Of a stretch of DNA of 60,000 nt, positions 47,251-59,744 are shown piece by piece (positions within the stretch are counted from its first letter, which is position 1; every line of letters begins with the position of its first letter). Position numbers and translations under genes: made by a program. This DNA comes from Vicugna vicugna (taxonomy: Eukaryota): assembly GCA_013265495.1 (NCBI GenBank), contig MU057651.1, forward strand, positions 2,334,948 to 2,394,947, given 5' to 3'. The notes below the pieces were generated by a model that was not told the DNA's origin, did no database searches, and worked only from the letters and a program-made list of their open reading frames with translations.

Positions 47251-50200
47251 GTGAGTGCTTTGCGATGGAATTTCAGTAGGAAAACTTGGGGCAGCTGATG
47301 GACGGAAAGGGAGAGACCGAGGGGAAGAAAGGAGGCGCAGGTGGGTGCCGCCTGGGTTCGCCCCGGTCCGCTTCTCCTCTCTGGGGACGGCGAGAGCGGC
47401 GACTTTCGCCAAAGCCTCGGCCCCTTCATGCTGCATGAAGGCCCAGGCCGGCAGGGGGACACTTCTGAGCCGCCCCGTTGCCACCATGAGGAGGACCTTC
47501 TGGCTCCCAGCCGTATTTAAATTGATGCAGGCTTATGCAGTGAGATCGCGGAGGTCAGCCTTTATATAAAGTCATTCAGCGCGAGCTTTCTTGTCTTGTT
47601 TTCGAGGCGAGGGCACTTTTGCACCGACTGTAAAGTAAGTCGATCGAGTCTGAACTCGCTTTTTGCAAAATAGGAATGACCCCGGTGTGGAAAAGTTGGT
47701 GGCACTTTTGCCGAGGGCCATGTCTGGCCCTCGCGGTTACGAAACCCCTCGGTGAAAAGGCACCGGGTTCCTTGCGTCTCTGTTTGAAATGTGTTTCTAC
47801 AAATTTGTCAGGGATCCTGGCTGATTCCTAAGGAAGCTTCCTGAAGCTGTGATTGTATTTTTCCTTCTAACTTGGAGGCACCGAGTGTGGCACAGATGAG
47901 ATGAAATGAAGGTGAAAGGAAAGGGTCACCATTCCCAGGGTCTGAGCAGACAGCGCTTGCAAATGCAGCTTCCATTCTGTCTGGGCGGCAGCGGCCGCCG
48001 GAGTGCGTTTCCAGGCCGTGTGTGTGCCTCCCTCTCTCACACACTCACAGGCTCCCACCCTGCTCCCCGAGGAGCTTTGAGATGCCTCGGTTTAAACTTG
48101 GAGACACAAACCTGTATTGAACACACATCTCCTTACCAGTCGGATCAACTTCTGTTAAAAGCAAAAAAAAAAAAAATTATGGAAGTTGAAAATATTTATC
48201 ACGCATAATATTTCAAGTTTGGTGGAAATTTAAAGGCTATTGAGGATTGGTTCACTTTGGTTATGGGTTGATCGGAATCCACAACCTGTAGGAAATGCTC
48301 TGAGCGTTTGTTTGAAAATGTTTATTTGATGAGGTTGTTTGGATGGATTCACCTTTGATACGGGATTTTTAAAGTGACATCTGGTGTTACTTACACTGAA
48401 TGTGCCAGAATCATTTTGGGGACAAATCAGATTATTTGCTAGGTGGCTGAAAATTTAAACAGTCACAAATATCTGTGGCCAGGAGGAATATACTTGCCTG
48501 TACCTTAGGACATACAGAGAGTGTTATAAAATAATTTGTCCCCGTGGATGTAAACAGTGGTGTCACATTTTAAAATACTATGCGATTTGGGTTTGATATA
48601 ATGCATCTGCTATCAGAACTTCCCATGGACATACATGTTTATTCCTTTTTTAACGTGGGGGGAAAAAAAGTGCTTCTCGGTCTCAAAGTCCACCAGAGCT
48701 GAAGACACAAACATATTACAGAGCTGAATGGTCAGGTTTTCTGCCCCTTCTGTTTCGTGGTGATAGTTGAAGGGAGGAGTTTGAGACGCCCCACCCGGCT
48801 TATGTCTTCATTTCATCCTTCTTTTAATTAAAGGGCTGCTTCTTGGAAAACTCGGCATTCTCTGGAATTCAGAAGCACCGTAGTAATGACAGCCCTTCAT
48901 CAGGGTCTCGGGGGGTGCGCCGTCCGGTCCGTAAATGAAAGTGTGTGTGTGTGCGCGCCTTACGTCTTTTGAGAAGTTTGCCCCGAGGAGAAAAGAGTCT
49001 TGCAGCCATTTCTCTTGTAAAAAAAATTAAGATCACAGCCAACTTCCTGGCCAGGAGGCCTGCCACCAGCCGAGCTGGGGAGCTCTGCGTCTTCCTCACT
49101 CGCCTGGGGACTCAGAGTTTGCGGAGAGGTGCCCTTTGCTTTGGGGACCTTCCCCTTCCACCCCCACCCCCCACCCCGCGCCCTGGGACTTGGATGTGTG
49201 TGTCCCCGTTTGGTTGGCCTGGTAGGATATGGTCAGTGTGAACGTCAAGCTCTTGAGGTCGGAGAGGACACGAGGTTTATATACATTGTCTACTACGAGC
49301 CATGCTGTGAAAGCCACACCCCACACACACGCCGCTTATGTGCAGCCTGGTGCGTATTAATAGACACAGGAAATAAAGACATTATGCGAGCGTGTGCACA
49401 CCCGGCGTGGGGAGAGACGCGTGGGGGGGGGGCTGGGTGCCACGGGCCTTCAGCATCAGACGCACCTGACCTGAGTCATAAAACCCCCCCTTTTGGAATT
49501 TCTTTCTTTTCACCTTTTGCTAAGACAAGGCGGGTTTTCCGACTTGTGCAACGGTGAGCGTTGGTCCAAGGATGTTAGCCCTTTGAGGGGTGTCTGCCTC
49601 AGACGCCGGCAGTTAGCCCCGAATGCGTCAAGCGTGGCCGCGTCCAGGGGCATTTTTGTTTTCTTTCCTCTCCCCTGATCTTTGTAATTATGAAGTCGTC
49701 TCGCTGTGAAATAAGTAATGGCTTCCTGGCCTTGTTGGAACGGGGAGTCAGGTGCTCCAGGCCCCAGGGAGCGAGAGAGCGAAGACCCTTTTGGATGGTT
49801 TCCTTGCTCTTTCTACATGAATTTTTGGGCGCTGTGACTCCTGCTTGTGGCCACGAGATGGTTAATGTCAGTCCCGGTCCCCGGTGGGGCCACTGGTGTG
49901 TGCAGGGCCCTCAGACGTGTGGACTGTCCTTCCATTACCGGGGAGCAATCAGCGATGCATCCTTCGAGGCTTACGAGGGGGGACCGTTCCATTTTCGCTC
50001 AAAACAGGCACCCGTCCAAGTGGGATCTGGACAAACACATTTCAAGTGCAGCCGAGGAGGCAGCGGGCAGTGGGGCCCCCCAGGGGCCGGATCCCAGGCC
50101 AGGGCAGCAGCTCTGAGCGTGGTGGGGCCCAGACGCTGACGCTGGCTCCTTCGCGTAGACCCGGGTGACTGGCGCTCCTGGCCGTTGAATAAATGAGTCC

Positions 50201-50869
50201 CCTCCCCTGCCCCCGTTATCTTTCTGCCTCTCCCGCGATGTCTGTTCACGCCCTTCCACGTTCAGGGTGTTTGTTTTACTCGCCTGTCTTTGCCAGAGTT
50301 TTGAAATGCTGGGTGCTGTTCTAAAGAACATGTCTGAGGCGCTCTGAGACGTTAAGAGGGAAGGCTGCGGTCAGGGTCACAAGCAAAACAGCAAACCAAA
50401 GAGGCTTTGCAGAAGGATCCCAAGTGGAGAGGTGGGCAGGGCCGGCCCTGCGTGGTGTGTGTCGCTGGGGGTCTCTGCCGAGAAGGGTCTGGTGGGGGGG
50501 CCTGTTCAGTTGGTTTTTTTTTTTTCCTTCTCCAGTGTTACTGCAGGGAACAGGTACACGTCCTGTTGTGCCTCCCATGGCCAAGTTAAACGTGGTGAGG
50601 ACTCCAAGTCCCGGGCCTGGGGGCCACTGGTCATCCCTGCCCTAGGCCTGGTCCTGTTTCCCTCCTCCCGTGGCCTGCGGGGGAGCTCACGCTGCCTGTT
50701 GAGTAAAAGCTCCCTCTCCCGCCCCCCGCGAGCCCATCGGAGCCGCCGACGTCCGCATCATCTCTGAACCCGATTTGGTCAGGACAGGAAACTCAAGCTC
50801 CCTTCCTGCCCGTGTTTTCCTGAGAGAAAAACACTCTTCCCTCCTTTTTTGCATATTTGGCAAGTCGGT

Positions 50870-51050
50870 CCACCTTCCTCTCCGCCCCAGTGGAGTGCGG
50901 GCCAGGCGCTGGTGACGGAGGGTCCCTTCCCGGTGGCGGAGTCGAGGGGGCTCTGGGCAGCCCGGGGTCCGCAGACCCCAGCCCTCAAAGGTAGGATTGG
51001 GTGGGAGAGGCAGCCCCCTCCCGGGGTCCCTGGGAGGCGCCGGCTCCTCG
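50870..51050 (+). other. IKZF1: Candidate downstream alternative first exon of IKZF1 (start approximate)
   Basis: gccaggc...tcccttcccggtggc...cctcaaag...gagaggcagc resembles a recalled human alternative 5' UTR; donor GTGAGT at 51051; ETS and octamer-like motifs at 50785-50854. Confidence 0.6.
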
Positions 51051-52139
51051 GTGAGTGTCGCTGGTTTCTTTGCTGCCTCAGCCTGGATGGGCCACCTGCC
51101 GTCTTCCCGGCGGGTGGCGGCCTGGGTCCCAGCACCTGCCGGGCACCCCCACCCCGCGGGGCTGTCTGAGGGTGATGGAGAGCCCCATCACGCGCCAGTT
51201 GTTCTCCCTCGGCTTTCGGATGGTCCCACGCGCCACCTCCTGATGGCTGGTGGCCCAGGGCCACTGCGTAACGGATGGCTTCAAGCAGGCCCTCATTAGT
51301 GGCGAAGGGCCCGCTTCGTTTTCTCTCATTCAAGTGTGCAATGATTCATGTCTCTTCAGCAGCCGGCTCACTGCTGGAGGAAATCTGAGTCCCCTTCCTG
51401 CCGGTGTTCGCGCCAAAAGCTGGCTGCCATGGACGGGCAGCCGGGAGCGAGCCTCCAGGGTGTGCTGCGTGGGGGACCCGAGGCTGTTCCTTTGGGGCCC
51501 CCCAGCCCTTCCATCCTCCCTGCCCCTCCGCCTCTGACTCTCCTCCGCCTTTCTTCCAAGTGTGGGGTTTGGGCTGAAACCACTAAGAACAGCTTACACA
51601 GTTTTTGAGGGACCCCATCCACGCTGACATGGACGTCTGTGTCCCCGTTTGGGAGGTCACAGACACTCCCAGGCGCTTTTCCGGCAGTCTGAAGCTGTCT
51701 AAAATCGAACAGCGTGGTTCGGATCCGAGTCCTTTTCTAAAGCGATGCGTTCCAGTATGAATTTGGATTCCTGAGTTTCGGGCCCATTTTGGGGGCTACA
51801 TCAGGTTTTCACGGGCAAACATGGAGCAAAGGGAACAGGACATGAGATCCTTCCCCTCGACCTGATTGGGGAAAAAAAAATGTTTCTCTTAGAATCTTGA
51901 GGAGGAATGAAAATGAGGCATCGATCTTTCATAAGCTGCCTCCTGAGGCACTCTGAAGTGTCCCCTGGGCTCTTAATGGAAACTGCAAAGTACCAGGGAC
52001 TGCCCCCCTCCGGCGCGAGCCCACTTTTAGCCTGAAAAAGTGACCTTTTTCCGTCCTCCTTTTGTGCTGAGTTTTCTGCAGGGCAGAAAATTAAAGTGTT
52101 GTTCGAACAGGTTTCACGGTGACAGCAGATTGAGAAATT

Positions 52140-52870
52140 GTGTACCCTGCTTCGTTACATTAAAATCCGACTGCTAATGACCTCAGCTTGTTAGAGATAA
52201 GGCCATTAATTACCATTTAAGAATCATGTGATCCCACTGGCACCACCAAAAAAAAAAGAAAGAAAAAACCCATAAAAATAAAATTTAAAAAAAAGGTTTG
52301 GAAATTCCTAGTGCATTTCTGTGTTTCCTCGCTTCTGCCTAGACTGATGGGTGTTCAACCTGCATTAAAAGACTTTCTTTCAGTTTAATTTGGAGCAGAC
52401 AGGCCTTTGTAAAAGAAATGCAGTTTGCTGCAAAAATAAATAAATTAATAAAATCACTGAAAGTCAAATATTGAAAAGAAAGAATTTAAACTTAAGGGCC
52501 GCAGAAGAATTCTGAGTGGACTGTTTCAGATCTTTTCCCTGCATGTTGCTCCCGTGAATATTTCTGCCCGATTATAAATAGAGACAAGCTGATTTCTGTA
52601 GCCCTGCGAATGAGGAAGTTGTAAGTTTCTGTGAGGTTCCACTGATGACACCCCCCTCCCCCTGGGTTTGCATGAAGACGATGCAGACGAAAGGCTGTGG
52701 GTTACAGCCTGCGCCCCGAGCAGTCCTGGTTGGGCCCGCCACCCTCTGGGACATCGTTTTCCGCACGGACCCTGTTACGTGTTCTGCGGTGCTGGGTTTG
52801 TCCTCAGGGCCCTGCGGGCTTTGGTGCTGAGCTCTGTCCATCACAGACAGAAATGGAAGTCTAGAGCGTG
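52140..52870. promoter_or_regulatory. Candidate intronic haematopoietic enhancer
   Basis: GATA AGATAA 52195-52200, MEF2 TTATAAATAG 52572-52581 and PU.1 GAGGAAGT 52612-52619 in repeat-free DNA. Confidence 0.45.
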
Positions 52871-55660
52871 CTTTGCTGGGTTGCTCCATCCGAGAGCCAG
52901 CTCAGAATAGCAAATAATCCTGTGTGCGTCGTCCGTCGCAATCACTGTGACCAGATCGTGGGTGCCCGGAGCCTCCCCAGACACGGTTTAACCCGACTTC
53001 GGCTGAAGCGTGTGAAGCCGGGGTGAGCGAAGGAAATCCCCCACGTACTGAAGCTTCTGAGACACTGAGCGATGGTTAAGGAAACCTGCGTTTTGAATCT
53101 ATGACGGTAGACGGTGAAAATCGATTGGAAAAGCAAGCACAGATGGTTTTTTTTTTCCTAAGCATTTTGAGAAGAAGTTACTCTATTTCAGTTTGTTCTA
53201 GCTGATAATATTGTGTGGGTGTTGTGAACAGAACTGAGGTCAGAATGCAAGTCCTTCCGGGAGAATTACCCATGGGCCTGAAAACCATGTGGCCTTAACC
53301 TGGGGAGGGTTACGGAGCCGTTCGGGGGTTGGTCCCCACCCCTCTCCGGAGCGCAGACAGAATCCCCCATATTACAGACTGAGCCGGACCAGCCTTTTAT
53401 GTTTTGTTGAATAGGAGGTAGATGGAGATTTAAGCTTCAGTGAATCAGATGCTAGTCTAGAATACATTCTCTCCCTCTGTTTGCATCTAGGTTTGCAACT
53501 AAGTCACTCAAACAAACAAACAAAAACGTGACAGCACCTAAGACGATGTCCTCAGTGGGAAAGTCAGCGACAGCTTTTCAGTTATTGTTCATAAGTAGAT
53601 ATGTATACATTGTAAGCAACCAGGTTACCCTGGGAGGCTTAGCATAATTTTACTTCCTCGGATCGAAAGAACATGCAGCTTTAAAAAGAAGTCTCGTGGC
53701 TTGGTGGAAACTTCGTCCTGCAAGTACGTGTTTCGCTTTGGAATGTCACGGATGTGCAGCTGGGTTTTGCTGCCTTTAATGCAGAGTTTTTAACGCATCC
53801 AGAGAACATGATACTTGTATGTTAGGACAACCTCCCTGCTGAGAAGTCTTGATGAGAACACTGTGTTCTTTAGGACAGCGTCTTGCCCTGTGATGTACAG
53901 AAGCAAGTTAAAGTTGCATTGTTTTTTTTAATGAAGAAAAAATATCTTCGAACATGATAGAAACACAACTAATTCCAGGCTCCTGTGTCCCTTCTTGATA
54001 ATGACGGGAGGTCCACACTTTGGGGAGATTTTGTGTAAATCTGTGTATTGGGGGCAGTTTCTGCATTTTTTTTTTTTTTAGGATGTAGGTCTCACTTTTG
54101 TTTTCCAGTTGCTGCCCATGCATAAAGTCTTCTAAAATCGGGAAGAGGCCAGAAAAAAATGATTCTAAACTTAGATGTTATTTTTTTTAATTTTTTTTTT
54201 TTGTACTGGAGTGATGAAGCGCCAAAGGCATTTCTATTTGAGGAAGCTACATAGAAAGTGGCCTGTTGATGACAGCCGTGATCAGGAAAAGTCCTACAAA
54301 AGTGTATGTAAATTGGGGGCACGTCTGCCTCCCTCAGGATTGCTGAAGACGCAGTGGTGGCTGTTAGCGGTTGGAGAGCCCGTGGTTCAGGGACGCGGAG
54401 GTCTCTGCAAGGTGCATGCACGAGGCGGGGGAGGGACACACAGCAGGGATGCTGCACCCGGACCCCTCCTGGACCAACCTGACATCCACCCGTCCTGAGA
54501 GCGACCTGTAAACCCAGGAGCCTGTCTCCAGCCCCCTTTTCAAATTTCTAATATCTCACATCTTTTTTTTTCTTCTTTCTTTCTTTTCCCTACCTCACTT
54601 TGAGACAGGTGGCCCCATGATGGCTTTGAAAAACACTCTTGTGGTTCATTTTCCTCCTGTATTAAGCACCTTTTCGTGCAGGATGTCTTCAGATGGCAGA
54701 GTTCTTAGCTGTGTTTTGGAAGGGCCTCCTCAGCTCTCCCCTGCCCCTTCCTCTTTTGCATATCAGTGCCTGCCCCTCGGTGGGGGGAAAAATGTGAGGA
54801 CAGAATTGCACATCTGAGCTAATTTGCCCTCAGAGAGCTGGTTCACAGCAGAACAAACCGCCAGAGGAGGCGTTTTTTTTCCTGCGGCTCAGTTAAAATG
54901 GGGGAGGGGGGGTGAAATTCAAACTGAATTCCCCGCCATCCTGTTTAGATCTTGTTTGCATTGTTCTTGGGGGCCAGCCAGCATGTCTGCAGCGGCGTAA
55001 AGGTGACAACTGTGTGGATTGGCAGCTCATTTGGGGAAGCCGAAAGGAATCAGCGATGAAATAAGAGTGTTCAGAAGTTGTGAGGGTTCTCCTGACCTGT
55101 TTTGTTCAGTTGTTAAGGAAAACCCATCCGGTCCCCGCTGCCCTAACCGGACACAAAGACCCCACATGTGCTTTCTCCGGGAGCGTTCCCTTTCTTAAGA
55201 TACAGGGTGGTTCACGGTGATGCGATAGGTTTGCAAAAAGAAAGTCCACCGGTCTGAACATGAAAGGATGCTCTCTTGGCAGGCGTAGTGGGTTTTATTA
55301 AAGACGTCTGTGACGCAAAGCATGTTAAATAGATTATGGTCTTGGTCCCTGTTCCCCCTTCAAAATAAGCATCATCGGGTGAATGCGGAAATGATCCTGA
55401 ACGTAACTCTGGTGCAACCTCACTCATCAGGGAGGGGACATAATTAATTAGTAGCCTACGTTTGACCGAATGGCCAGAATGTGACTCCATCGTGGAAGTT
55501 TTGTGATGGAGTCTGCCTGAACTGCAGTGTGTTACAAAGCACATGTTTATTTTTCTATGAAGATGCAGGTAACGCATCCTTGTCCCTTTAGTTGAGATTT
55601 GGGACCAGTTTCCTGGGGCTGTGAGGTTCCGGCGGGCAGGAATGGTACCGTCCAGTGGTC

Positions 55661-55830
55661 ATGGGTTCAGATCTCAGCTCTGCTGTCTGTGTAGACGTGT
55701 GGCCTAGAGCAGGCTACTTCTTTCCTAACCTCAGTTTTCTCATCTGTAAAGTGGAGATAATAATAGAGATCATTGCATGAGAAGAGTCCTGATGCAGTTT
55801 CTTTGCGTGGATTAAGGATGCACGCTTAGG
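55661..55830 (+). mobile_element. MIR
   Basis: gggttcagatctcagctctgc...cctcagttttctcatctgtaaagtggagataataatag. Confidence 0.85.
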
Positions 55831-57303
55831 AAAACAGGATTTGAGTGTGAGGTCTAATGTGGACACTGCCAGGCACTGAGATAAAACAGCGGACAAGATG
55901 GGTTATGCTCATGGTCTTGGAATTAGCAGGTAAATGCCTGGTGCACGGTAGTCACTTCAGGAAAACTATTTAATACCACATCCTTCTGTTTACTGTGATT
56001 TTCTGGCATATATTAGGTGCTCAAGAAGTGTTCTGAAATATTACTGGACAGAAAACTGCCTATATGGTATCAGGGGCGGGGAAAGACATTTGTTTAAAAA
56101 GAAAACGTAGTTCGTGCTGTTTACATCTCAGAGAAGGAACTTTTGAAAAGCCCATGGAAGGACTCTGTGCCCCCAGTGATGCCATGATTTTGAGCGACCG
56201 CCTGTGGCTCACGACAGCACGTTTGGCCTCCCAGCCACTTCATCCTCTCCTCGCTGTGAATTCGTGAATTGGAAAATCATCAGGTTGTGGTTCTCCACAA
56301 GCTTTCTGGCTTCATGGATCCAGACTCAGGTCTGGGGGTAGGGAAAGGCCGTGGCGCTTCAGAGCACGTGCTGGGCGGGGAGAGGAGGCGTTCGTGGGGA
56401 AGAAACGAGGGGCGCGGCGGGAGGAGGCGGAGGAGGGTCTGAGCACCGCCCCCCGGTCTGTCCCGAGCTCTTCCTGGAGCTCCTGCTCACGGGCAGGTTG
56501 GAAAGGAGGACGGTCCTGGACACGGGCCCGGACTCCTCGCTCGGAAGCCTGGACTGCCCAGGGCTGTTGGATGCTTCTGGCCCGCAGATGGCCAGGTTCC
56601 AGGCCCCGTGGGGCGGGGGGAGGAGAGGCAGGCGAGGTCAGAGAGGGCGCCTCTGAATGGTCTCACTGTCCCCAGGGAAGCGCCAGGTCTCCTGGAGGAC
56701 ACCGGGGTCCTGCAGCTCTGCTCCATCTTGTCCTCCATCCTTACATCCCCTACTGTCCAAACCCAGCCAGGTGCCCGCTCCAGAGAGAGAGGCGGGGGAG
56801 AGGCGGGAGAGGGGCCGGACCTCAGCTCAGTGGCCAGTCCTCAGTGGGGGCCCAGGGACGCCAGGCTGGGCCCTCCTGGAGGGACGGCCGTCCACCGCCT
56901 CCATCACGTGGAGCGCCCTTGTCTCTCCATCTAGTTCTCCTTGTGCGAGGCTCAGAACGGCCCGCTCCGAGGAGACAATAAACGCATTCATGTCTGTAAG
57001 AAGCGCGCGGTGACAGCGAGGGACGGACTGGGCCGGGCTCCCTGCGCTCTGGATGCGGCTCTCTGGCCTCCAGCCATTTGGGCCTCGCAGGTGGAGCAGA
57101 AAGTTGCAATGAGCTTGTGAAGTGACCCGCCTCCCTTCCCAGGAAGGTTCCCAGAAACAAGTTATTAAGTGGCTCTGGGGATGAACCCCTCTTAACTGAC
57201 TGCAGACTCCTTTACTCTGAGATCCGATCAAGCCTGAATTCCGTTTTCCACCTGACTCTGGGCCTTGCTTCCTTGTGGGGAAGAGAAATGCAGCGCTCGG
57301 GCT

Positions 57304-57400
57304 GGGGGAGCGGGGAGGGGAGTGGGTGTAGCTCAGGGGTAGAGCACATGCTTGGCACGCAGGAATTCCTGGGTCCCATCCCCAGTCCCTCCATTGGAAA
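57304..57400 (+). mobile_element. tRNA-derived SINE (Vic-1 type), diverged
   Basis: gggtgtagctcaggggtagagcacatgcttggcacgcagg...cctgggtcccatccccagtccctccatt; flanks agaaatgcag / agaaacgcag. Confidence 0.85.
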
Positions 57401-59744
57401 GAAACGCAGACCTTGGCTTGTAAACGCGTTAATGTTATGTCACGTCCCTCTTGAGAGCCTTCAGGGCTGCCCTGGTCACTCGGTCTTGGAGGAAAAGGAA
57501 TTTCCTTCCCCTCGGACAGGTTTCCACTGGTGCATTATTCCTCTGGTCTTTGTGCCAAAGCAGAGTCGCTTTGAGAAAAGAAAAAGTCAGTACCCTTTGG
57601 TCCCAAGAGATACAAAAATGTAGAGTTTGGGGAAATTTGTGGGAGTTTGTCAGGCCACCCCTCCACCCCACGGTGTGATGTCAGACCAGGCGGGCCAGGG
57701 GAGGGCAGGCCTGAGCTCATCACCCAACGGAGCTGCGTGTGATGGGGGTGGGGGTGGGGTGGGGTTACGGACATTCAGTGGAAATGGGAACAGGCCTGAG
57801 GCTCAGATCCAGCGTCCTCTGCTCGCCGTGGTCCGCCCCTCGCACCCCCACTGTCCGGAGCACAGAGGGGTGCGGGTTCCAGGAAGGCACCCTCGCCCCT
57901 GCTCCCTGGGGATGCGTGTGTGCGCACGCTCCCTGCACCCCGCCCCACGGTGCCTGGTCTGCACCCCGTCCACGGGCTCAGAGCATCAGTTTGCCACTTT
58001 GGGACGTGTTCTCACGTCTCCCCGCGTGAACAGGAGGATGCACGGAGCGGGGCTCGGCGTGGGTGGACAGAGTCTGTCCTGCCAGCAAACCCGGAGGGTC
58101 CATGACAAAGGTCTCTGGAAGGAGGGACACCTTCTCCCGCGGGGCTGAGATGGGGCACCTTCAGCTCAGCTTAGGGAACATTTTTTTCCCTTTTCACTGG
58201 AAATTACTTGAATTCCAAGAGGATACTGGTGAAGTCAGTCTCTTTCATGGAAAACTTGGATATTAATGCATATTTGTAAAATAAAAAGATGCGTGTAGCA
58301 TGAAATGAAAAAATATCTTACACCGGTTTATTTGGAATATGTTCAGTACCCTGCTGTTCTTAAAAAAAAAAAAAAGATCTTGTGTGTTTATAAATAAACA
58401 CACACAGAAAAAAATGTAGTTCTCTAAGTGGTGGAAATTTGGGGCATTCATTTGCCTTTATTAAAAAATAGAGTCGTGAAAAAATTCTATCACTTCCACA
58501 GCCAAAAAGCTCAAAGCCAACATCATAAGAAAGGGGGGTTAACATAGCAGTTGTTGCCGGAAGATCTGAGTTCTGCTCGAAGGCTCTCCAGTCATCATGG
58601 GGCTGTTTTAGAGCTGGTCTGTGATATTTGACCATAAAATATTGCATTTGTCTTCAGAAAACTGAATCTCATACCACGTGGCACGGGGAATACAATTTTC
58701 CTCATCTGAGTCTGTCTTATTTCTTTATAATCGTTCTGAGGGTTTCAGAAGAGTCACAGGTTTTTGCCTTTCTTGCTGTCCAAGGAGGTGGGACTTGGGA
58801 CAAACGGGTTTTTGGCGACACAGGTGCTAGTTTTGTGTTTCCCTGGCTTTGGCTTGGATGTGGACCCGCAGTCTTGGGGCTGAAACGCAGGCAGGCCCTG
58901 GAACCCTCTTCCCTTGTGGGGTCTCGGCTGCCCCCACCCCCCGAGGCACACACTTGCCTTGGAAATTCGTGTCATGACTCAGGCTGCTGCAGGGACTTTC
59001 AGAAGTACAGGGAAACTGTCTGCATCTGGGAATTCACACCTTCTTCATGACAAGGGCCGGTGTTGGTGAAACTGAGGTTGTGTGCCCATGTGCCCCATGA
59101 CAACGGTCACACACACACACACACGGGGCCTCTGTCTGCTCAGAGCTTTCAACCAGGCTGGAGACGGGAGGGCCCCTGCCCCCTCCATCGGTGTCCAGGC
59201 TGGAAAGCTCAGATCCACACGTGCGAGCCACCGAGACACGCAGGTGGTCCCCCAGAAAATGTGACCCGATTCAGACCCAACAGACAGACTCGGTTTTGCT
59301 GGTTAGGGAAGGACCTCTCCCGAAGGCTGCCCAGCAGAGCACAAGTGAGCAGGCTTTGCTCAGGTCACCTTCTGCTGGGCCACACATTTCTTATCCACGG
59401 AGCCACCAGCTGCCATGCACCGCGGGCACCTGCGTCCTGGGAGGCGCATGCGGCCACTGCTCCCTGGTGTTCGTGGGGGCTGAACCACAGCCTTGGGGAC
59501 ACCCACCCAGGGCGGCTCCTCCGGGCTGGCTGTGTCCTTTTGCAGCCATCTGTCAGCAAAATGAACGGGACGGTCTGGGCGCCCTCCCGGCCGGGTCTGG
59601 CCACCGTCCCCCGGGCGTCCATCCGGGAGCTGGCGGAGTCGGAGGCGAGGGCCCTGAAGGAGGGGGACAAAGAGGGAAGCTGGCGCCTGGCCCATCTGCC
59701 AGGCCGGAGGTGTATGCATTATTGATGGAAGGAGCGCAGGAGCC

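Larger units (their letters stand above)
45780..47650 (+). promoter_or_regulatory. IKZF1: CpG-island promoter of IKZF1
   Basis: Extremely GC/CpG-rich block with many GC boxes surrounding the recognised non-coding exon 1. Confidence 0.88.

Noticed and set aside
46129..47487. Long ORFs across the CpG island (452 aa and 330 aa on -, 224 aa on +)
   Set aside because: Low-complexity Pro/Ala/Arg/Gly products open in several frames; expected from stop-codon scarcity at very high GC; no recognisable domain.
52943..53865. RSS heptamers CACTGTG at 52943 and 53859 (RAG-mediated IKZF1 deletions are known in human leukaemia)
   Set aside because: No nonamer-like sequence at the spacings I checked by eye; isolated heptamers are expected by chance. 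RIC scoring would be needed.
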